The notes beneath the pieces were generated by a model. That model was given only the letters and a program-made list of their open reading frames with translations. It ran no database searches and was not told where the DNA came from. From NCBI GenBank assembly GCA_965247115.1, contig CBDFGR010000002.1:1056001-1120000 (forward strand): a stretch of DNA of 64,000 nucleotides, in the 5' to 3' direction. Below, in pieces: positions 1 to 9,637 of this stretch (position 1 is its first letter; each line of letters begins with the position of its first letter). The translations under genes were made by a program, and so were the position numbers. Origin of the DNA: Myxococcota bacterium. GTDB lineage: Bacteria; Myxococcota_A; UBA9160; SZUA-336.

Positions 1-854
<854 letters not shown>

Positions 855-865
855 AGAAGCCTCGC

Positions 866-902
866 GCGACCTGCCCCGGGTACGAGACCCGGGGCGGGTC
901 GC
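866..902. terminator. GC-rich hairpin between convergent groEL and histone genes, likely terminator
   Basis: GCGACCTGCCCCGGGT-acgag-ACCCGGGGCGGGTCGC, a 16-bp stem with one G-U pair; no U tract. Confidence 0.55.
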
Positions 903-929
903 CTGGCTCCTGGCAATCCTCGGACGGGC

Positions 930-1145
930 TCAGCCCCCGAGGAGTTCCTTTGCCTTCTGGATGTCGCCATCCATGATTGTCTTGCGCCGGTCTTTTTCGG
1001 CCAGCGCACCGGCCTCTTGAGCAAGGCGTGCGATGTACTCCTCCGCTGCGGCAACCGCAAGATTGACCGCGGAGGTCGACGAGCGCAGCTCGCCACCGTG
1101 CTTGGCTAGAAGACGTTTGACTCCAGCCGCTGGAAGTTCGGCCAT
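930..1145 (-). CDS. Histone-fold protein, archaeal HMf-like single histone (71 aa)
   Basis: MAELP start, R11, R21, EE in helix 2, RKTIxxxDI loop2/helix 3 motif; purine-rich RBS (GGAGTGAGAGGGGG) upstream. Confidence 0.88.
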   Translation of the reverse strand: MAELPAAGVKRLLAKHGGELRSSTSAVNLAVAAAEEYIARLAQEAGALAEKDRRKTIMDGDIQKAKELLGG

Positions 1146-1224
1146 GTGCCCCCTCTCACTCCCCCTGGATGCGGGTGTTTGTTGGCCCTAGCATTCCCCA
1201 GGCGGACCTGACGCGTCAACTCTC

Positions 1225-1315
1225 CTTGTGGGGCCCGCCCGCGGGCGGCCGCGGGCACCCACCTTCGCTCAGGGCTACGCCCTTCGCTGCGCGCGCCGCG
1301 GTCCGCGGCGCTTGC
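1225..1315. repeat. Multi-hairpin palindromic repeat element, copy 1 (intergenic)
   Basis: Near-identical to 6994-7085; three internal hairpins; bounded by CTTG(T/C). Confidence 0.85.
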
Positions 1316-1398
1316 GGTTGCCAAGACCCGAGCGTCGGGTCCCAACGGTCGGTCTCAGCGGGGAGGGACTTCGCTCAAGGAGGCTCGCCCCTCCGGGA

Positions 1399-2175
1399 CT
1401 AGGGGTCCGTCTGCAGGAGGGGCTCGTGCGCTGTTTCCAGGCGGGTTATGAACTCCACCACCTCTGCGGCGACCAGCTCCCCCTCCCGATCTACAGGGAT
1501 CACGTGGCTCGAATTTTCGAGCACGCGGAGCTCCCGCTCTTCCGAGGACACTCCGGCCAGCACCTGCTCGGAGTTGGAAAGGGCTACCGAGGGATCCTGA
1601 CGGCTGTAGATCAGCTTGAGTGGTTGATCCACCCGGGCCAGATCCCGAGCCACCTCCCCTCCCAGCAGGACGAGCTGGTGCACAGCGTCGAGGGGCATGC
1701 GCTCGTAGCCAGGGTGGCGCTCCCGGGCCGCTCGGTCCAGGATGCCTGGCCGCCTGGGCACCCAGGGCAGAACCCGGCGCAGGATCGGCAGCGCGGTCCG
1801 GATCAGCCCCGAGAGCTCGAGAGGGGCCGCCATGACGATCGCCCCGGCGACCGCTCGCCGGGCCGCGAGAGCCAGCGCCAGCAGGCCTCCCATCGAGAGC
1901 CCCAGTACGTAGACCCGCTCGTGTGTGCTCGCGAGCTCGTCCCAGGTCTCGAGGCTGGCTTCGAGCCAGGCGCTGCGGTGCGTGCGCGCGAGCTCCCCGG
2001 GATCCGTGCCATGGCCCGGCAGCAACGGACCCAGACACGCGAAGCCGCGAGTCGCGAGCGCCTCGGCCGGTGGGCGGACCTCGTACGGTGTGCCGGTCAG
2101 GCCGTGCAGGCAGAGCACGGCCGGCCCGCGGCCGCCAAGCGCACCAAACCGAAACGGGCCAGCGTCGACCATCAC
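1399..2175 (-). CDS. Carboxylesterase, alpha/beta hydrolase
   Basis: LHGLTG oxyanion segment, GLSMG nucleophile elbow, D and H near the C-terminus. Confidence 0.88.
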   Translation of the reverse strand: MMVDAGPFRFGALGGRGPAVLCLHGLTGTPYEVRPPAEALATRGFACLGPLLPGHGTDPGELARTHRSAWLEASLETWDELASTHERVYVLGLSMGGLLALALAARRAVAGAIVMAAPLELSGLIRTALPILRRVLPWVPRRPGILDRAARERHPGYERMPLDAVHQLVLLGGEVARDLARVDQPLKLIYSRQDPSVALSNSEQVLAGVSSEERELRVLENSSHVIPVDREGELVAAEVVEFITRLETAHEPLLQTDP

Positions 2176-3449
2176 GCGCTCTCCACTTCGGCCGTCCGCT
2201 CGGCCTCGCGGTAGACCTCCTCGATCGGCACGCTGTGCTTGCGAGCGGCCCGCGCACAGTCCTCGTACTCCGCCGCCGCCGTGGCGGCCCCGCCCGGCGA
2301 GCTCGCGAGCTTCACCCGGATCCGACCGAACCGTGTCGCCACGCTGCGGGACTCGCGGGCCAGCTTCAGGCGCGGCATCTCGATGTAGCGCACGCCGATC
2401 GCACTGGACTCGAGCAGGATGCGTCGGGCGAGGGCGTCTCGATCACCCGGTCGAGCAATGACACGAAGCAGCTGGCCGGGCCGACCCTTCTTCATCGCGA
2501 GCGGTGACAGCGAGACGTCGAGAGCCCCATCCGCCAGCAGGCGCTCCATCAGGTAGGGCAGCTGCTCGGGATTCATGTCGTCCAGGTTGGTCTCGATCAC
2601 GCTGACGACATCGCGCTCGAGCGCCCCACTCACCTCGCCCAGCACCGCACGCACCACGTTCGGGAGCGGGCCTGGCCGGCGCTGTCCCGCCCCGAAGCCC
2701 TGGCCCCGAGGCACGAGAGCCGGCATGAGCCCGAAGTCGTCGCACAGCGCGGCCAGCAGCGCCGCTCCTGTCGGCGTAACGGTCTCCCACTCGACGTCGT
2801 AGGGGTACGTCGGGATCCCAATCAAGAGCTCGAGCGTGGCGGGCGCAGGCAGAGGGAGTCGGCCGTGCTCGGTCTCGACCTGTCCGCGACCGAGGGCCAC
2901 GGGCGAGCACGACAGCCGGTCCACGCCGAGGTGCTCGAGTGCGGCACAGACGCCGACGATGTCTCCGATCGCGTCCACGGCCCCCACCTCGTGAAAGTGG
3001 ACCTCGTCCGCCGCGATCGCGTGGACCTTGGCCTCCGCTTCCGCGAGCCGGCCGAAGACCCGTAGACTGCGCTCGCGAACGCGCGGCGCGAGCGCAGCTC
3101 CCGCGAGCAGGGAGCGGATCTCCGCCCAGCGCCTCTCCCGCGCGCTGCGGGCGGGCCCTCGGAAGCTGACCCAGCGTGCACCCAGTGCACCCCTCGTAAC
3201 GCGCGAGACCCGCATCGTGACGCCGCCGATCCCGAGAGACCGAACCGCGGCGCGCACGCCCCGGGCGGGAGCACCGAGATCGAGCAGCGCACCGAGGATC
3301 ATGTTGCCCGCTGCTCCGGAGAAACAGTCCAGGTGCAGAACCCTGGCAGGCTCGGACTTCGCGGCAGGCCTGCGCCCGTCGCTGCCGCGCTTGCGCCCGC
3401 TACTGGTTGATGAGCGAGGCGACGTAGGCCGCGCCGAATCCGTTGTCAA
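2172..3449 (-). CDS. larC: Nickel pincer cofactor biosynthesis protein LarC (start uncertain)
   Basis: DCFSGAAGNM, VHFHEVGAVDAIGDIVG, TPTGAA, IETNLDDMNPE, MKKGRPG and EYEDC motifs. Confidence 0.93.
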   Translation of the reverse strand: MTTDSARPTSPRSSTSSGRKRGSDGRRPAAKSEPARVLHLDCFSGAAGNMILGALLDLGAPARGVRAAVRSLGIGGVTMRVSRVTRGALGARWVSFRGPARSARERRWAEIRSLLAGAALAPRVRERSLRVFGRLAEAEAKVHAIAADEVHFHEVGAVDAIGDIVGVCAALEHLGVDRLSCSPVALGRGQVETEHGRLPLPAPATLELLIGIPTYPYDVEWETVTPTGAALLAALCDDFGLMPALVPRGQGFGAGQRRPGPLPNVVRAVLGEVSGALERDVVSVIETNLDDMNPEQLPYLMERLLADGALDVSLSPLAMKKGRPGQLLRVIARPGDRDALARRILLESSAIGVRYIEMPRLKLARESRSVATRFGRIRVKLASSPGGAATAAAEYEDCARAARKHSVPIEEVYREAERTAEVESA

Positions 3450-4146
3450 TGTTCACCACCGTCACGTTGGAGGCACACGAGTTCAGCATCCCGAGCAACG
3501 CAGTAACCCCGCCGAAAGACGCGCCGTACCCCACGCTGGTCGGGACGGCAATCACCGGCCGTCCGACGAGCCCCCCGATGACCGAGGGCAGGGCCCCCTC
3601 CATTCCCGCGATGGCGATCACGACCTGCGCCGAGCGGATCTGGTCGAGGTACGGGAGCAGCCGGTGCAGCCCGGCCACGCCCACGTCGTAGATGCGTTCG
3701 ACCTTGTTTCCGAACAGCTCGGCGGTCACCACGGCCTCCTCGGCAACCCGTTGATCCGAGGTCCCGGCGCTCACCACGACGATCGTCCCGCGTCCCGGGG
3801 GAGGCCCAGGTCCCTGCCGCAGCACAAGGACGTTGGCCGCGGAGTAATGCGTGAGCTGCGGAAGTCCGAGACGCACCTCGGTCGCGACCTCGGCTTCGAC
3901 GCGCGTGACGAGGACGTTGCCACCGGCCTCGATCAGCGTTTGCGCGATGCGAACGATCTGATCCGCGCTCTTGCCCAGTCCGAGCACGACCTCCGGGTAC
4001 CCGCTGCGCAGGGCCCGGTGCGTGTCGACACGCGCGTCTTCCAGCTGGCGGAAGGGCAGCTGAGCGAGCTGCTCGAGCACCTGATCGCGGGAGAGCTCGC
4101 CCCGCTCCAGGCGTTCCAGCAGGGCATGGAGTCGATCTCGATCCAT
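3400..4146 (-). CDS. larB: Nickel pincer cofactor biosynthesis protein LarB
   Basis: DTHRALRSGYPEVV, AGTSD, DVGVAGLHRL, AGMEGALPSV, PTSVGYG and VNIDNGFGAA motifs. Confidence 0.95.
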   Translation of the reverse strand: MDRDRLHALLERLERGELSRDQVLEQLAQLPFRQLEDARVDTHRALRSGYPEVVLGLGKSADQIVRIAQTLIEAGGNVLVTRVEAEVATEVRLGLPQLTHYSAANVLVLRQGPGPPPGRGTIVVVSAGTSDQRVAEEAVVTAELFGNKVERIYDVGVAGLHRLLPYLDQIRSAQVVIAIAGMEGALPSVIGGLVGRPVIAVPTSVGYGASFGGVTALLGMLNSCASNVTVVNIDNGFGAAYVASLINQ

Positions 4147-4173
4147 GCCCGGAGGATACCGCTTCGCCGCTTG

Positions 4174-4721
4174 TTACGGCTCTCGCGGCACCCAGAGGAA
4201 GCGGATGCGTAGGGGACCGTCCCGCTCGATCAGCTCCGTCTCGTACACGATGCCCGTCTCGAAGCCACCGACGCACGCATCTTCGAGCGGCATGGCTCCG
4301 CTCCCCTCGTGATAGGCCAGGCGCGGGACGGAAGGCAGAACGAGGCCTCCCTCCAGCATGCTGAAGGCTCCGGCCGCTGCCGAGATGGCGATGTTTCCGA
4401 GCTCCCGGAGCGCCGACTGCTCGCGCTCGTTGAAGGGAGCATCCGCGCAGGAGCCGATCAGGCAGGACAGCAGATGGTCCGATGCCTCGAAGGACAGGAG
4501 CAGGCCCGCCTGGCCGACCAGCGCGCCGTGGAGGTCGGAGAACACCGCCACGACGCGGTCCTCCGCCGGGAACAGGCTCGAGAACGCCTCGCCCTTCTTG
4601 ATCTTCCTGCAACGGGGGGCGCCATGAGCAGGGTCCGATCGAGGAGGACGGAGAGCGCATTCGCGGCATGCCCCGCTCCGATACTCGTCAGCTCAGCTAG
4701 TCGATCCTCGTTGTGGTTCAT
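4174..4721 (-). pseudogene. cheC: CheC-family phosphatase (DifG-like), split by a 1-nt frameshift at a C6 run
   Basis: N-part ELTSIGAGHAANALS (ORF 4458..4721) and C-part SALRELGNIAISA (ORF 4174..4551); one extra C at 4614-4619 restores MAPPRCRKIKKG. Confidence 0.8.
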
Positions 4722-6336
4722 ACGAAGCTCTCCACCAAAGACCCGGGTTCGAGCAAGAACACAGGCTGTCCATCGGGAAGGATGGCAACGCCTCCGAGCG
4801 CCTTGATACCCGCGAGGAGTGCGGGAACCTCGCGCACGAAGATTTCTAGATCCGAGACCGCGCGGTCGATCAGCAGGCCGAAGCCGAAGCCTCGCGTCTC
4901 GAAGACGAGCACGTTCGCGCTCGCTCGCGTGGGCGAGGGTCCGAGACCGATGTGCTCGGAAAGGTCGAGCAGGGGCAGCGGCTCGTCCTTGAAGACGAAG
5001 AAGGCATCAATGCCGTCGCGCTCGACCTGCGCCTCGGCCACGCTGAGCACCGACTGGAGCTGCCCGACCGGAACGACCACGCGCTCTGTCCCCACCTCGA
5101 GCACAAGCACGCGCTGCAGGGCGACCATGGTGGGAAGCTCGATCTCTGCGATCGTTCCGGCACCGGGGCGATTCACGAGCGTGACAGACCCACCGAGGCT
5201 CTCGAGGCCGCGCTTGACCGCGTCCATGCCGACGCCGCGGCCCGAGACCTCCGTAACCTCGTCGCGGGTGGAGATGCCCGGCTCGAAGATCAGCTCGCAG
5301 ATCCGCTCGGCGGGCAGGTCCTCCGCGACCATCTCGGCGACCAGCCCGCGCTCGACGGCGCGCTGCCGAACCTTCTCCAGATCGATGCCTCTGCCGTCCT
5401 CTTCGACGCGAACGTAGAGCCGTCCCGAGGACTGGGCGGCCGATAGGCGGATGGTCCCCACGGGGTCCTTTCCCACGCGTTCCCGCTCTTCGGGGGTCTC
5501 GATGCCGTGGTCCACGGAGTTCCTGACCAGGTGAAGGAGCGGCTCGTCCAGGTGATCGAGGATGGCGCGGTCCACCTCGACCTCTTCGCCGACGAGCTCG
5601 ACGCGGACGCGCTTGCCAAGCGCTCTGGCGAGGTCGTTGGCGGTGCGCGGGATCCGCTGCAGGACACGCCGCACGGAGGTGGTACGGATGTCGAGCGCCC
5701 TGCGCCGCAGCTCACGGACTACGTGTTCCATGCCGTCGAGCTCTTCGCAGAACTCTCTGTGCAGCTCCCAGACGGGAGCGTCGCGGTGGAGGGCTTCGAG
5801 GCGGGCCTGGCGCTGCATCAGCTCGCCCACCGAAGCCAGGAAGCGGTCAACAACCTCGGTCCGTACGCGGACCGATCGCGGGAGCGGAGGCGCCGATAGG
5901 TCCGTGCTTTTTTTCCGGAGTCCTCCGGGAGCGGGCACATGGGCGCAAGCGACGGCGGCTGGGCCAGCAGCTCGACCAGATCGGCGCGGGGCGGTGGCGC
6001 CTCTCCAGTGGCGTCGACCGCCGCCACCATCTGCTCGAGCCCGTGGAGGACCTTCGAGATCAGCGCGAGGGCGGAGTCATCGGGCTGGCCCCCACTCCCC
6101 CGCAGTGGCTCCATCCAGTCCTCGTAGCGATGGGAGAGCGAGGAGACGGAAGCGTAGTCGAGCGACGCAGCCATCCCCTTGATCGAGTGCGCCATGCGGA
6201 AGAGCGTATCGATCGCCTCGTCCGCTGCCTGGCGGGACGGGCCGCCCTCGAGCGCAGTCAGGGCTCCCGACATCTCGATCAAGTGATCGTTTGCCTCTTC
6301 GACGAACAGGCGTCTGTACTTCTCGAGGTCCATCAA
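4718..6336 (-). CDS. cheA: CheA histidine kinase (DifE-like), encoded in two frames joined by a -1 shift at A7 (5908-5914)
   Basis: Hpt domain LFRMAHSIKGMAA in 5818..6336; dimerisation, HATPase (HLVRNSVDHG, EDGRG, GRGVGMDAV) and CheW-like domains in 4718..5938. Confidence 0.92.
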
Positions 6337-6339
6337 CCT

Positions 6340-6717
6340 CTATCCTTCTCGAGACTTCTCCATTGCCTTCCCGACGACCTCGAGCACCTTGTCCGGCTTG
6401 AACGGCTTGACGATGAAGTCACGAGCGCCGGCCTCAAGCGCGTCCATGACCAGGGTCTCCTGGCCCAGGGCGCTACACATGACGATGCAGGCACTCGGGC
6501 TCATGCCCATGATCTCCTTCAACGCCTCCAGCCCGCTCTTGCGTGGCATCACGATGTCGAGCATCACGAGATCCGGCGTGTGCTCTTGGAAGAGCTCGAT
6601 GGCTTCGTTTCCGTCGATTGCTTCGGCCGCAATCTCGAAGCCGCCCTCCGTCAGGATGTCGCGCAACATCTCCCGCATGAAAGCGGCGTCGTCCGCGATC
6701 AGAACGCGCTTAAGCAT
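6340..6717 (-). CDS. cheY: CheY-like response regulator (DifD-like)
   Basis: IADD, LDIVMP, CSA and KPF receiver motifs; single domain. Confidence 0.93.
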   Translation of the reverse strand: MLKRVLIADDAAFMREMLRDILTEGGFEIAAEAIDGNEAIELFQEHTPDLVMLDIVMPRKSGLEALKEIMGMSPSACIVMCSALGQETLVMDALEAGARDFIVKPFKPDKVLEVVGKAMEKSREG

Positions 6718-7289
6718 GACTCCTGTCCTCCCTGATGAGCGCGCGACTGTGTCAGCAGCGCTGTCGCACGCTCGAGAAACCCGTCTAGATCCACGAGACC
6801 CAGCGTCCCGTTGGCCCGATGTACTTCCCGCACGAACGGGTACTCCTCGTTCACGTTCTCTTCTCTCCCCGTCCAGACCGCGCGGTCGCGATCAATCCGA
6901 GACACGTGCCCCACGCGGAGCCCAATCCTCGAGTCGCCGTGTTCCAACAGCAGAACATGGCTGTAGTGCAATCCCGCGTGACCCGGCGCCTGTCTTGCGG
7001 GTCCCGGCCCGCGGGCGGCCGCGGGCGACCCGCCTTCGCTCAGGCCTTCGGCCTTCGCTGCGCGCGCCGCTTCCGCGGCGCTTGCTTCTTGCGCCGGCTC
7101 CAGCCCGAATACGGCCCCGCCGTTCATCACGACGAGCGGCTCGCCTCGGATGTTCAGGACGCCTCCGACGTTGGGCGGCACGAGCGGGATCAGGCGGGGC
7201 TGTTGCGCCCACATCACCTCGGCGACCGCGTCCAGGGGAATCGCGAAGGATCGCTCCCCGAGATCGAACTGCAGCCAGGATGTCGCCAC
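6699..7289 (-). CDS. cheW: CheW coupling protein (DifC-like) with a 29-aa repeat-derived insertion
   Basis: FAIPLDAVAEV, IPLVPPNVGGVLNIRGE and IGLRV motifs. Confidence 0.88.
   Translation of the reverse strand: MATSWLQFDLGERSFAIPLDAVAEVMWAQQPRLIPLVPPNVGGVLNIRGEPLVVMNGGAVFGLEPAQEASAAEAARAAKAEGLSEGGSPAAARGPGPARQAPGHAGLHYSHVLLLEHGDSRIGLRVGHVSRIDRDRAVWTGREENVNEEYPFVREVHRANGTLGLVDLDGFLERATALLTQSRAHQGGQESCLSAF
6994..7085. repeat. Multi-hairpin palindromic repeat element, copy 2, in-frame inside cheW
   Basis: Matches 1225-1315; CTTGC direct repeats 87 bp apart. Confidence 0.85.
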
Positions 7290-7303
7290 TATCGTGTTGC
7301 CTT

Positions 7304-8587
7304 TCAGCGCGTGCGAAAGCGCAGCGCGACCTCGTTCAGCTCGTTTGACATGCTCGACAGGCGCGCTGCCTGTCGGACCATTTCGTCCATCGCCGCGCGC
7401 TGACCGCTGAGCCCGCCACGCATCTCGTCTGCGGCCTTGGCTCCGTTCGTCACCTCTTGCGAGATGCTCTCGATGTCGCGTACCAGGTGCTCGCCGTCAC
7501 TCGACTGGCGGGTGGCCTGGTCGAAGATGTCGTCGGCCCTGCGCGAGGCCTTCTCGATCGAGGCCTGCACCTGCTCGAGCGCTTGCAGGATCTCAGCCAG
7601 GTCGCTGCGGCGCTCGCTCACGTCCTCGCCCATGGAATGGGTGATGGCTGAGACGTTCGAGGAGCCTTCCTCCAGCTGGCGAATCAGCGTCTCGATCTGG
7701 CCCGCCGAGTCGCCCGCAGTCTCGGCGAGCTTGCGGATCTCGTCCGCCACCACGGAGAAGCCGCGCCCCGCGTCGCCCGCACGGGCCGCCTCGATCGAGG
7801 CGTTCAGCGACAACAGGTGGGTTTTCTCGACGACGCTCGAGATCATCTCGGTAACACGGTGGGCGGACTGGATCTTCTGCTCGAAGTCCTGCATCAAGCG
7901 CTCGGACTCTTCGATCTTCTCGAACAAGCTGCTCATCTTCGTGGCCGAGTTTCGCGACACCTCCACGCACGACGTCGTCTGCTCGCTGGCGTCGCTCGTC
8001 AGGCTCGACGCCTCGCTCGCAGCCTCGGCGTTCTCCTGCATTGCCGAGGAGATCTCGCGCATCCGCAGGGAGATGTGCTTGACATCCTCCTGCTCCTTGA
8101 GCGTGCTCTGCGCCACCGACTCCATGTTGTGGGAGATCTCCTGGCTCGCCCCGTTCACTTGCCGCGACGACTCCGAGAGGTCGAGCGAAGCCTGGGCAAC
8201 CTCGTCGGCGGCTCGCTGCAGGCGTTCGACGAGCTCCCGCAAGCTCTCGAGCATGGCCGCGACGGAGCGCGCAAGATCGACCGTCTCGTCGGGAAAGCGG
8301 CGTCCGCCGCGGGGGGAGAGCTCCGTCGTCAGGTCACCGCTGCTGATGCTCTCGGTGCAGTTGCGGAGCCAGCCGAGGTTCCTGGTGATCTGTCTCGAGT
8401 AGAGCGATCCGATTCCCGTGCCGACTCCGAGTGCGGCGAAGAAGGAGCCCCACGCAGGTACACCCGACGCCTCGAGAACGGCGGGCAGTCCCGCGGCTAC
8501 CGCCGCAACCACGACGAAGCCCAGCACGAACTTGTGCGAAAGATCCAGGCGCAAAGCGGACTCTCGATGCGCAACTCCAGCGCGCAA
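7304..8587 (-). CDS. Methyl-accepting chemotaxis protein lacking a periplasmic sensor domain (DifA-like)
   Basis: Two adjacent hydrophobic helices, HAMP ([10 protein letters not shown]), signalling hairpin [32 protein letters not shown]. Confidence 0.93.
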   Translation of the reverse strand: MRAGVAHRESALRLDLSHKFVLGFVVVAAVAAGLPAVLEASGVPAWGSFFAALGVGTGIGSLYSRQITRNLGWLRNCTESISSGDLTTELSPRGGRRFPDETVDLARSVAAMLESLRELVERLQRAADEVAQASLDLSESSRQVNGASQEISHNMESVAQSTLKEQEDVKHISLRMREISSAMQENAEAASEASSLTSDASEQTTSCVEVSRNSATKMSSLFEKIEESERLMQDFEQKIQSAHRVTEMISSVVEKTHLLSLNASIEAARAGDAGRGFSVVADEIRKLAETAGDSAGQIETLIRQLEEGSSNVSAITHSMGEDVSERRSDLAEILQALEQVQASIEKASRRADDIFDQATRQSSDGEHLVRDIESISQEVTNGAKAADEMRGGLSGQRAAMDEMVRQAARLSSMSNELNEVALRFRTR

Positions 8588-8593
8588 ACCTGT

Positions 8594-9619
8594 CTACTGT
8601 TCGGACGGTCTGCTTCGCGGCTTGAAGTGCTCGTAGCCCGAAAATCCGCCACGAATGCGCTTCCCGGCGCGCAGGAAACGAATGCCACGCCCATGCCTCA
8701 CGACACCGATTTCCGTCACGCGACAGCCGAGCCGCCTGGCGAGCACGCTGGACAGGGGGGCCCGGGAGCGCACGCTGAAGAGCAGCTCGTAATCCTCCCC
8801 GCCCGCCACCGCGAGGGATTCCGGGTCGAGCCCGCGCTCCCGGCTGAGGTCGCGAAGCCCGCGCGGCAATGGCAGCGCATCGAGCCAGATCTCTGCGCCC
8901 ACCCCGCTCTCCCGCAGGACGTGAGAAAGGTCCCGCTCCAGGCCGTCCGAGAGGTCCACCGCAGCGGTTGCCAGCCCGCTCCGCGCGAGCTTGGGCCCGA
9001 CACTGAGTGGCGGCTGGGGGCGCAGGTGACAGGCGGCGAAGCGGCGCTGGCCGGGCCCGCGAAGCGGCCCCGCCTCCAGGAGTTCGAGCCCGAGTGCTGC
9101 CGCTCCGAGCGTCCCGGTCACCAGAATCCGGTCCCCGGCCCGCGCTCCGCCGCGGCGTAGGGCGGCACCCCGGTGCACGCTTCCCACGGCGCTGACGGAC
9201 AGGGACCACAGCGGAGCAGAGACCGTGTCGCCTCCGACCAGCGGACAGCCGAATCTGCGCGCGCTCGCGAGCAGCCCGCGCAAGAAAGCGTCCAGCGCGG
9301 CGGGGTCTGTGGCGCCAGGGAGCCCAAGTGTCAGCAGGAAGCCCAGCGGCTTCGCCCCCATCGCGTTCAAGTCCGACAAGTTCACAGCTAGAGCCTTGTG
9401 ACCGAGAGAGCGTGCGTCCGTGGTCCGCCAGCGAAAGTGGACATCCTCCACCAGCGCATCGGCCGTCCACACCAGATCCGCGCCACTCGGAGGCCGCAGG
9501 ACGGCGGCGTCATCGCCAATGCCGCGAAGCCAGGCTCCGCCGGGCTCGCCAACCCGGCGCCTGATGGTCTCGATCAGTCCGAGCTCCCCGAGCGCGTCGA
9601 GGTCAATCCCGCTGGCCAC
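8594..9619 (-). CDS. thiL: Thiamine-monophosphate kinase
   Basis: GIGDDAA, DALVEDVHF, NLSDLNAMG, GGDT, DLSDGL and GGEDYELLF motifs. Confidence 0.95.
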   Translation of the reverse strand: MASGIDLDALGELGLIETIRRRVGEPGGAWLRGIGDDAAVLRPPSGADLVWTADALVEDVHFRWRTTDARSLGHKALAVNLSDLNAMGAKPLGFLLTLGLPGATDPAALDAFLRGLLASARRFGCPLVGGDTVSAPLWSLSVSAVGSVHRGAALRRGGARAGDRILVTGTLGAAALGLELLEAGPLRGPGQRRFAACHLRPQPPLSVGPKLARSGLATAAVDLSDGLERDLSHVLRESGVGAEIWLDALPLPRGLRDLSRERGLDPESLAVAGGEDYELLFSVRSRAPLSSVLARRLGCRVTEIGVVRHGRGIRFLRAGKRIRGGFSGYEHFKPRSRPSEQ

Positions 9620-9637
9620 CAGGGGAGTGTAGGGTAG

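Noticed and set aside
2172..3449. larC1/larC2 programmed frameshift
   Set aside because: larC is one continuous ORF here.
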